Positions 56,522-64,000 of a DNA stretch of 64,000 bases are shown one piece after another; the stretch's first letter is position 1, and the number at the start of each line of letters is the position of its first letter. Under the pieces are notes generated by a model, which saw only the letters and a list, made by a program, of their open reading frames with translations, was not told where the DNA came from and ran no database searches. The translations under genes were made by a program, and so were the position numbers. Source of the DNA: an uncultured Solirubrobacterales bacterium (GTDB taxonomy: Bacteria > Actinomycetota > Thermoleophilia > Solirubrobacterales > Solirubrobacteraceae); assembly GCA_963760155.1 (NCBI GenBank), contig CAVXBL010000003.1, forward strand, positions 58,663 through 122,662, written 5' to 3'.

Positions 56522-57361
56522 ATGGCCGAGCCACCCAATGTTCTCCTGGACCTAGCCAACAGAGCAGAGAACGTATTGCTCGTCCGGGAGATGCTGACGG
56601 GTGTCGCAGAGGCCGTGGAGCTCAACAGCAACGACCTCAACGATGTTTTGACAGCGGTCACCGAGGCGTGCAACAACGTTGTGCTGCACGCCTACGAGGG
56701 CGAGGAAGGACCGCTCGAGGTCGAGGTCAAGCTCGCCTCGCACGCCCTGGAGGTCGTGGTGCGCGACCACGGGACCGGTATTCAGACACTCAACGCTCCC
56801 AGTGGGCCCTCGCTTGGGATCGGCTTGCCGGTGATCCACGCGCTCGTGCACCGCCTCGAGCTGAGAGACGGACCGGGTGGAGGCACCGAAGTGTGGATGG
56901 AGTTCGCGGTGCCGAGCACGGATGCGCTGGAGTCGCTATGCACAGACGAAGCGGAATCCCCGACGTTCGCCCAAGCTGGACCCGTCGAGGAGACGACGAC
57001 CGTGACGATCGCGCCGATAGACCTAGCGCGCACGGTGCTTCCGCGAGTATTGAGCACACTCGCGGCGCGCGCGCACTTCTCGACAGATCGAATCTCCGAC
57101 ACCCAACTTGTGGCCGATGCACTCGTTGCCCACGCTCCCGCCTCGCTCGACGCCGGCCATCTCAGGATCGCGATCAGCGTCCAGCCGCGCAATCTCGAAC
57201 TGCACATTGGGCCGCTCGGAGCGGGTCGTGCCCAGCGGCTGGTGATGGACTCAAACCTCGACAGTCTCGGGCGAATCATCGAGAAGCTCGCCGACCGCCA
57301 CTGTGTGGCGAGTGCCGGTCCGCATGAAACGCTGACCCTCGCGCTGAGCGATCGACGCTGA
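56522..57361 (+). CDS. RsbW-like anti-sigma factor with C-terminal extension
   Basis: AVTEACNNVVLHAY, VRDHG.G and G.GL..I..L. Confidence 0.85.
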   Translation: MAEPPNVLLDLANRAENVLLVREMLTGVAEAVELNSNDLNDVLTAVTEACNNVVLHAYEGEEGPLEVEVKLASHALEVVVRDHGTGIQTLNAPSGPSLGIGLPVIHALVHRLELRDGPGGGTEVWMEFAVPSTDALESLCTDEAESPTFAQAGPVEETTTVTIAPIDLARTVLPRVLSTLAARAHFSTDRISDTQLVADALVAHAPASLDAGHLRIAISVQPRNLELHIGPLGAGRAQRLVMDSNLDSLGRIIEKLADRHCVASAGPHETLTLALSDRR

Positions 57362-57557
57362 GTCGATCGACGCTCAAGCCTGGGAGCAACCGCCGTGGGA
57401 CCCGTGTCGCTCACAACTGACTTCCCACCGCACTCCACTCAATCGTGTGTCGATTCGCTTGCCTCCAGGGTGGGTTAGCAATGTTCAAGCCGGGTAGCAA
57501 TAGCAATACCACCAGTGAGACTCATTACCTCGGTATCTACCATTCGGGAGGCTGTAC

Positions 57558-57728
57558 ATGATTGCTCTAGTGGCGCTCGTCCTTATCCTGGCTCTCCTTG
57601 GAGGGTTCGGTTTCGCGGTGCACTTTCTGTGGTTCGTGCTGATCGTGGCCCTACTGTTGTGGCTGATCGGCTTCTTCGTGGGCGGCATTCCCGAGGGCGG
57701 ACGGCGGCGGTGGTACGGGCGCTGGTAG
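57558..57728 (+). CDS. Small hydrophobic membrane protein (not in ORF track)
   Basis: MIALVALVLILALLGGFGFAVHFLWFVLIVALLLWLIGFF...RRRWYGRW; GGAGG RBS upstream. Confidence 0.8.
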   Translation: MIALVALVLILALLGGFGFAVHFLWFVLIVALLLWLIGFFVGGIPEGGRRRWYGRW

Positions 57729-57890
57729 TGCGAGTGGCGCCACTCAGACCCAAGACCCGTTGGGTCCCCTCCCACCTGACGTCCGCTTGTTCACTCTGTG
57801 CAACAGACAAGCGGACGTCTATCCGCGCCCAAATGCCGACCGTCGCTCGACAGTTGCTTTGGAGGGCATGACGGATGACATACTGATCTC

Positions 57891-58877
57891 ATGCCTCCCT
57901 ACCCGGTGTTCCTTGGTCTGACGGAGCGACGCCAATTCGTAACTCGTTCCAATAATCACTTTCATCACGAGGCACTCCTTTATGCGGGCGAGGAGGGGTT
58001 CCTGAACGGAACCCTCCCTTTCGTCACGGCCGCGCTGGCAAGCGAGGAACCTGTGCTGGTGGCGGTCACCAACGACCGCATCGAGCTGCTCAAGCGAGCA
58101 CTGGGAAGCGAAGCCGAGCGCGTGCACTTCACCGATATGCGCCGGCTCGGTGGTAATCCCGCCTGCATCATTCCCGCGTGGCGTCGGTTTCTCGATGACC
58201 ACGCCTCCGATGGCCGCCCCGTGCGCGGCATCGGCGAACCGATCTGGCCCGGACGCCGCGCGGCCGAACTGACCGAGTGCCAGCGCCACGAGTCGCTTTT
58301 GAACGTCGCGTTCGACGACGGCCAAGCGTGGCGATTGCTGTGTCCCTATGACCTCGACGGTCTGGACGAGCAGGTCATCCAGGCAGCACGGCGAAGTCAC
58401 CGGTTCATCGAGCAGGACGGCGCGAGTCGCATCAGTGACGCCTATCTGCCCTCCGATCAGACACCAGGCCCCCTCGATGGCGTTCTGCCTCCCAGCTCGG
58501 CGCAGGCCCAAGAGCTGGCGTTCACAGGCGAGGATTTGAGGACGCTGCGCCAGTTCATCTCCGACGAGGCCCACGCCGCGTCTCTGCAGGACGCGCGCGC
58601 CAAAGACCTGGTGTTGGCCGTGAACGAGCTTGCCACCAACAGTGTGCGCTACGGTGGCGGCCGGGGCATCGCGCGGATCTGGAGGGAGGTCGATACGCTG
58701 CTGTGCAAGGTGCTCGACAGCGGCCATATCGTCGAGCCGCTGGCGGGTCGCGTGCGCCCATCTCCCCATCAGCACACAGGACGCGGCCTGTGGCTGGCCA
58801 ATCATCTTTGCGATCTCGTGCAGATTCGCTCCTCTCCCACTGGTAGCGTGGTGCGCGTGCACATGCGCTTGACCTAG
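57891..58877 (+). CDS. MEDS domain + HATPase anti-sigma regulatory protein
   Basis: HEALLY, VRGIGEP.W, E..LN.AF, LLCPYD, VNELATNSVRYG and GRGLWL. Confidence 0.87.
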   Translation: MPPYPVFLGLTERRQFVTRSNNHFHHEALLYAGEEGFLNGTLPFVTAALASEEPVLVAVTNDRIELLKRALGSEAERVHFTDMRRLGGNPACIIPAWRRFLDDHASDGRPVRGIGEPIWPGRRAAELTECQRHESLLNVAFDDGQAWRLLCPYDLDGLDEQVIQAARRSHRFIEQDGASRISDAYLPSDQTPGPLDGVLPPSSAQAQELAFTGEDLRTLRQFISDEAHAASLQDARAKDLVLAVNELATNSVRYGGGRGIARIWREVDTLLCKVLDSGHIVEPLAGRVRPSPHQHTGRGLWLANHLCDLVQIRSSPTGSVVRVHMRLT

Positions 58878-58934
58878 TCGGTTCACGCAAACGCCAAACC
58901 TGAGGAGGGACCGATCGTTGCCAAGGATCAGCTT

Positions 58935-61151
58935 GTGAGCGACGCTGCCGTAAGCCTCTTGATCGAGGCCGGCGCGGTGTTGGCGAGCTCGCTGGAGCTA
59001 ACGACGACGATGGGACAGATCGCAGCGCTGACGGTGCCCCAGCTGGCGGATCTCTGCGTTATCGATCTACGCGACGACGACGGGTCGATCAGGGATGTGG
59101 CGGTAGCCGCCGCCGAGGACGGGATCGCTCGCACGCTCAAGGAGCTGCGGGTGAGATACCCGCTTGACCCCGCCGGCAGCCATCCTGTCGCGCGTGTTAT
59201 CCGCAGCGGACAGCCGGAACTACTGCCAGAGATGACGAGCATGCTGCTGAGCTCGTTTGCGCAGGGCTCGGAGCATGCACGATTCATGATCGACCACGAC
59301 TACCGCTCAGCTGTGGTCGCGCCGCTGCTCGCGCGCGGACGAACGCTCGGCGCGATCTCCGTGCTGCGGCTCGGCGACGGCACGCTGTATGGCAAGGACG
59401 ATCTCGACCTGGTGTGCGAGCTGGCACGACGTGCCGCGCTGGCGATCGACAACGCTCGCCTTTTCTCCGAGCTTCAGGGCGCGGAGCAACGCCTGGAGGC
59501 GGTGCTCGCGAGCCTCGCCGAGGCGATTACCGTGGTGGACAAGCACGGGCAGACCGTCTATGCCAATCAAGCTGCCGCCGACCTCCTTCAGGTCAACACG
59601 CCGGACGAGCTGACAAACGCGCGTCCGGGGACGATCATGCCGCGCTTTCTCGTGCTCGACGAGCAGGGCCGCGAACTAGACCTCGAGTGCATGCCCGGGA
59701 GACGGCTGTTCGAGGGCGAGCAGCCGGAGCCGCTGTTGGTGAGGAACATCGTGCGCGCCACAGGCGAGGAGCGTTGGTTGATCGTGCGGTCATCGCCGAT
59801 CCGCGAGCCCGGTACCGAACACGTGCTGTATGCCGTCAACGTGTTTGAGAACATCACCGACGTCAAGCGGGTGGAGCTGGCGGAAAGCTTCATGGCCGAG
59901 GCCAGCCGTGTGCTGGCATCCTCAATGGACTACGGCGAGACACTCCAGCGCGTCGCGCGGCTCGCCGTCCCCCAGATCGCCGACTGGTGCACGGTCGATC
60001 TGCTCACCGAACAGGGTGAGATCGAGCGCGTGGCGGTGCACCATGCCGATCCGGCGCGGCTGGTGCTGGCCGAGCAACTCGACCGTGGGTACCGCCCGGC
60101 GCTCGGCGAGTCTGCCGGTGTGCCCGAGGTGATACGCACGGGCCAGGCGCGCATCTTCACCGACATCCAGCCCGATGCGCTCGCCGCGTACGCGCGCGAC
60201 AACCAGCACCTCGAGTTGCTGAGCGCGATCGGCGCGACCGCGGTGATCATCGTGCCGATGGCCGGCGCGACTAAGACGATCGGGGCGATCACGCTCGTCT
60301 CGGCCGAGTCCGCGCGCCGCCTTTCGCCAGCGGACCTCGCGCTGGCCGAGCGACTCGCCCGTCGCGCGGGCACCGCGGTTGAAAACGCGCGCCTGTACAC
60401 CGAGCGCGCGCGCATCGCGCACACCCTCCAACAGGCTCTGCTGCCGGAGTCTCTACCCGATGTGCCCGGCGCTGAGATAGGGGCCCGTTACTGCGCCGCC
60501 GGAGAGCTGAATGAGGTCGGCGGGGACTTCTATGACGTGTTCGAGTACGACGCGGAGCGCTGGCTGCTCGTGATCGGCGACGTGTGCGGCAAGGGACCGC
60601 GGGCCGCGGGCGTCACAGCACTGGCGCGGCACACGCTCAGGGCAGCAGCGATGAGCGGGCAACCGCTTGCGAACATGTTGGGGACGCTCCATCAGGCTCT
60701 GCGTCGCCAACCACCCGGAGCGGACTTGTGCACCGTGTGCCTAATCATGATGGCTCCCGCGAGTGAACACACGTGTCTCACGGTCACGCTCGCCGGACAT
60801 CCACCGCCGCTGCTGATCAGCCCAGATGGAGAGGCCAGGCTGATCGGTCGTCCTGGCACGCTGCTCGGCGTGCTGGACCCCATCAGCGTCACAGAAGACC
60901 AAGTCGAGCTCGGCGCCGGAGAGACCCTGCTGCTCTACACCGACGGCGTCCCGGACGCAGGCCTAGCCGGCGAGGAGGCGCTCGGCGAGCGAGGACTGAT
61001 CGAGCTATGTCGTCAGGCAGCGACGCTCACTCTCGCAGAGCTGCTGGAGCACATCGAGCAGGCTGCCGTCCAGCACGCACAAGGCGGCCTCCGCGACGAT
61101 CTCGCGCTGTTGGGCGTGCGTCTGCTCGACCCTGCGTCTTCCCAGCGCTAA
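58935..61151 (+). CDS. SpoIIE/PP2C phosphatase with GAF-PAS-GAF sensors
   Basis: Two VPQ.ADWC GAF domains, a PAS segment, VGGDFYD, GDVCGKG, AGHPPP and LYTDG..DD. Confidence 0.92.
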   Translation: MSDAAVSLLIEAGAVLASSLELTTTMGQIAALTVPQLADLCVIDLRDDDGSIRDVAVAAAEDGIARTLKELRVRYPLDPAGSHPVARVIRSGQPELLPEMTSMLLSSFAQGSEHARFMIDHDYRSAVVAPLLARGRTLGAISVLRLGDGTLYGKDDLDLVCELARRAALAIDNARLFSELQGAEQRLEAVLASLAEAITVVDKHGQTVYANQAAADLLQVNTPDELTNARPGTIMPRFLVLDEQGRELDLECMPGRRLFEGEQPEPLLVRNIVRATGEERWLIVRSSPIREPGTEHVLYAVNVFENITDVKRVELAESFMAEASRVLASSMDYGETLQRVARLAVPQIADWCTVDLLTEQGEIERVAVHHADPARLVLAEQLDRGYRPALGESAGVPEVIRTGQARIFTDIQPDALAAYARDNQHLELLSAIGATAVIIVPMAGATKTIGAITLVSAESARRLSPADLALAERLARRAGTAVENARLYTERARIAHTLQQALLPESLPDVPGAEIGARYCAAGELNEVGGDFYDVFEYDAERWLLVIGDVCGKGPRAAGVTALARHTLRAAAMSGQPLANMLGTLHQALRRQPPGADLCTVCLIMMAPASEHTCLTVTLAGHPPPLLISPDGEARLIGRPGTLLGVLDPISVTEDQVELGAGETLLLYTDGVPDAGLAGEEALGERGLIELCRQAATLTLAELLEHIEQAAVQHAQGGLRDDLALLGVRLLDPASSQR

Positions 61152-61160
61152 CATGCACCC

Positions 61161-61520
61161 GTGAGGGCTGACGAGCATCTGCAGATCGACGTGCGGCGCG
61201 AGCACAACCGAGTGGTGTTGGGGCTCCACGGTGAACTCGACCTCGTCGGCGCACCGCTGCTGCAGGCCGAGATCGAGAACCCGGAGATCGACGGTACGGC
61301 GATGGTCGTGCTCGATCTGCAAGACCTGCGGTTCATCGACTCCGCGGGTCTGCGGGTGATCCTCGCCGCGCACGAGCGTTCACAGCGACGCGGACAGGCG
61401 TTTGCGTTGACCCGCGGCTCGCAACAGGTCCAGCGTCTGCTGAGCATCGCTGGCGTGAACGAGCATCTACGGATCCTCGAGTCGCTCGACGAACCGCTCG
61501 TCGAGCTGCCGCGGGCGTAG
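61161..61520 (+). CDS. STAS anti-anti-sigma factor
   Basis: LHGELDL, LDLQDLRFIDSAGL (phospho-Ser) and V.RLL.I.G. Confidence 0.92.
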   Translation: MRADEHLQIDVRREHNRVVLGLHGELDLVGAPLLQAEIENPEIDGTAMVVLDLQDLRFIDSAGLRVILAAHERSQRRGQAFALTRGSQQVQRLLSIAGVNEHLRILESLDEPLVELPRA

Positions 61521-61532
61521 CTCTACACGCCC

Positions 61533-63026
61533 TCAGGCGGCGACCGGCGCGGCGTCAACAGCGACATCAACGCCTGAGAACTCCATCACGCCGTCATCGA
61601 CCGAACCAAAGCGCAGGTTGAGGATGTCAAGCGCGTAGTTTTGGTGCAGCCGCCACGGCGCCTTCGAGCCCTGCTTGGGGAACTTGTCGATCGAGCGCAG
61701 CACATAACCGGAGGAGAAGTCGATGAACGGTTGCTCGACGACCGAAGGGTCGCAGTTGCGGGGCGCGCACTGCCGGTGTCCCTGCGCGTCCATGTGGTTG
61801 AGCAACCGGCACACGTATTCGCAGGTGAGGTCACACTTGAGCGTCCACGAGGCGTTGGTGTAGCCCACCGCGAGCGCCAGGTTGGGCACGCCGCTGAGCA
61901 TCATGCCCTTGTAGCTCATGGTCTTTGCGAGCTCGACCTCGCGTCCGTCAACGGCGATCTGCATGCCGCCAAGCGCCAGCAGGTTCAGGCCAGTGGCGGT
62001 GACGATCACCTCCGCCTCCAATTCGGTGCCCGACTGGAGCTTGATGCCGGTCTCGGTGAACGTGTCGATGCGATCGGTCACGACCGACGCGTGACCGGAA
62101 CCGATCGCTTTGAACAGGTCGCCGTTGGGCACCAAACACAGGCGCTGGTCCCACGGGTCATAGGTTGGCTTGAAATGGGTGTCTATGTCATATCCGGCCG
62201 GGAGCTGGCGTTCGATTCCCTTGCGGATCACCCTCTTCATGAACCGCGGTCGGCGGCGGCTGAGCTGGAAGCTTGCCATCGTCAGCAGCACGTTCTTCCA
62301 GCGCATCAGCGGATAGGAAGCCCGCGCCGGCAGCACGCGGCGCAGCGCCTTGGCGATCGGGTCTTCTGCCGGCAGCGCGACGATGTAGCTGGGCGAGCGC
62401 TGCAGCATCGTGACGTGCGCGGCGTCCTCGGCCATCGCGGGAACCAGCGTGACCGCCGTGGCGCCGCTGCCGATCACAACCACGCGCTTGCCGGCGTAGT
62501 CAACGTCCTCGCTCCAGTGCTGTGGGTGCACGATCTGCCCGGCGAATCGCTCGGCGCCGGGGAAGTCGGGCGTGTAGCCCTCGTCGTAGCGGTAGTAGCC
62601 GCTGCACATGAACAGAAAGCTGCAGCTGACCCGCACCGTCTCCCCCGTGTCGCCGCGCAGCGCGTCCACGGTCCAGCGCGCGTCCGCCGTCGAGAACTCG
62701 GCGCGCAGCACGCGGTGGTTGAAACGGATCTTCTCGGCCACGCCATAGTCCGTTGCGGCTTGTCGCACGTAGTCGAGGATCGAGGACCCGTCGGCGATCG
62801 ACTTCGACTCGCGCCAGGGCCGGAAGCGGTAGCCGAGCGTGTACATGTCCGAGTCCGAGCGGATGCCGGGATATTTGAATAGATCCCAGGTCCCACCGAT
62901 GCGATCGCGCGCCTCGAGCACCGCGTAGCTCTTGCCGGGACAGTTGGCCTGCAGGTGATAGCCAGCGCCGATGCCCGACAGCCCGGCACCGACGATCAGC
63001 ACGTCAACATGCTCGAGCGTCTCCAT
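61533..63026 (-). CDS. Flavin-containing monooxygenase (EthA-like BVMO)
   Basis: GAGLSG, GGTWDLFKYPGIRSDSD, HPQHW, GSGATA and YTNASWTL. Confidence 0.9.
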   Translation of the reverse strand: METLEHVDVLIVGAGLSGIGAGYHLQANCPGKSYAVLEARDRIGGTWDLFKYPGIRSDSDMYTLGYRFRPWRESKSIADGSSILDYVRQAATDYGVAEKIRFNHRVLRAEFSTADARWTVDALRGDTGETVRVSCSFLFMCSGYYRYDEGYTPDFPGAERFAGQIVHPQHWSEDVDYAGKRVVVIGSGATAVTLVPAMAEDAAHVTMLQRSPSYIVALPAEDPIAKALRRVLPARASYPLMRWKNVLLTMASFQLSRRRPRFMKRVIRKGIERQLPAGYDIDTHFKPTYDPWDQRLCLVPNGDLFKAIGSGHASVVTDRIDTFTETGIKLQSGTELEAEVIVTATGLNLLALGGMQIAVDGREVELAKTMSYKGMMLSGVPNLALAVGYTNASWTLKCDLTCEYVCRLLNHMDAQGHRQCAPRNCDPSVVEQPFIDFSSGYVLRSIDKFPKQGSKAPWRLHQNYALDILNLRFGSVDDGVMEFSGVDVAVDAAPVAA

Positions 63027-63122
63027 CTGATCGGCGCCGGAGGGCTGCATCGCTGACACGGAGCTTACAGGCACGTGCGCGAGTTACCCGCGTGCAAGCT
63101 CCCTCCCCCACACGCCGGCCGA

Positions 63123-64000
63123 TCACGGTCGCTGGCCGGCGAGCTCCACACACAGCCGCTCCAGCAACTGGCGCACCTCGGGAACACGCTGCGTCTCCTG
63201 GTCGGCCAGCATCGCGTGCAGCTCCTCGCGGCGTGCGCTCAGCACCTGGTCGGACGTCGCGAGGCCCGCGGGCGTGAGCCGCGCGCCATCGTCGTCTTGG
63301 ACGACCAGACCGCGCTCGCGCAACTCCACTTCGACCGTGGCGATACGCTCGGCCTCGATCGTCTGCTCGCGCGCCATCTCGCGCGTACCGTCGATCCCGT
63401 AGCTGCCGAAGCGGGCCAGCGCCCACACGGCTCCCGGGCTGAGATCTACGCTGGCGCGCACGCCGACCCGCTCGTTGAACGCGAGTCGCGCGTCGCGGCT
63501 CACGAGCACGCTGAGCGCGCGGTCGAGCTCCGCGAGCGAGCTCGGGCTCTTGGGCGCCGCGAGCGCGTCGTCGAGCCCTTGACTGGTCGCGGCGGTCGCG
63601 CGCAACGGCCGCTCGCGCAGGCGCAAGCTCAGCAGGAATCCCACCGCGCCGACCCCCGCGGCGACAAGGAACACCGGTCGCAGCGCGTGCACGTAGGCGT
63701 TCTCATAGGCGATCCTGGCCACCGCCGGTAGAGTCGCGACCTGCGCGCCCGTCAGACGCGCACCGCCGGCCACCTGGGCGCCGAGCGGACCGCTGAGCAC
63801 GCTGTGCAGCTCGCCGCGCAGCCGGCTCGAAGAAGATCGTTCCGAACACGGCAGCACCGATCGAACCACCGATGCCGCGCGCCAGCGTCACACCCGAGGT
63901 CGCCGCGCCCAGCACCGAATAGTCGATCGCGTTCTGCACGGCGAGCACCAGTACCTGCATCACCATTCCGAGACCGAGCCCCAGCACGAGCAGGTACACA
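63123..64000 (-). CDS. MDR-type MFS transporter C-terminus with fused MarR-like winged helix; apparent frameshift at about 63834 (starts beyond window)
   Basis: GLGLG.VMQVLVLAVQN...GGSIGAAVFGTIF continues in another frame as SSRLRGEL...AYVHALRPVF...WAL.R...LRERGLV....LTPAG. Confidence 0.75.

Noticed and set aside
57349-57374. CGATCGACGCT direct repeat at the anti-sigma stop
   Set aside because: Only two 11 bp copies, with no associated element

Overview
High-GC actinobacterial chromosome segment. The gene style (split gcvPA/gcvPB, ftsQ-ftsZ without ftsA, LPFTG surface protein, Ig-repeat remnants) suggests Thermoleophilia/Solirubrobacterales; this is inference. Core genes: rlmN, scpB/scpA, trpS, gcvT-H-PA-PB, ftsQ-ftsZ, two paralogous L,D-transpeptidases, acyl-CoA ligase, GT4, an orphan DNA methyltransferase, DsbA-VKOR, rpiA, DUF2252, MFS/ArsR/SRPBCC, AlkZ-like glycosylase, a SigB/F-type partner-switching cluster and an EthA-like monooxygenase. 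There are three tRNAs: Glu-CTC, Leu-CAG and Arg-TCT. Two elements sit in tandem at tRNA-Glu: an 11.6 kb phage-satellite-like island (int, xis, degenerate primase, helicase, terS-like gene) and a 3 kb decayed island. A 3.9 kb int/xis/TA/SLATT island sits at tRNA-Arg. Downstream of tRNA-Leu, two units headed by a shared ~30 bp repeat carry toxin-antitoxin and TM-HEPN genes. The most striking unexplained structure is four back-to-back perfect 22-24 bp palindromes with unrelated arms, all centred on CATG, between ftsZ and gcvT (8840-8934). All product calls are by motif recognition without database searches. Several frameshifts could be assembly errors.
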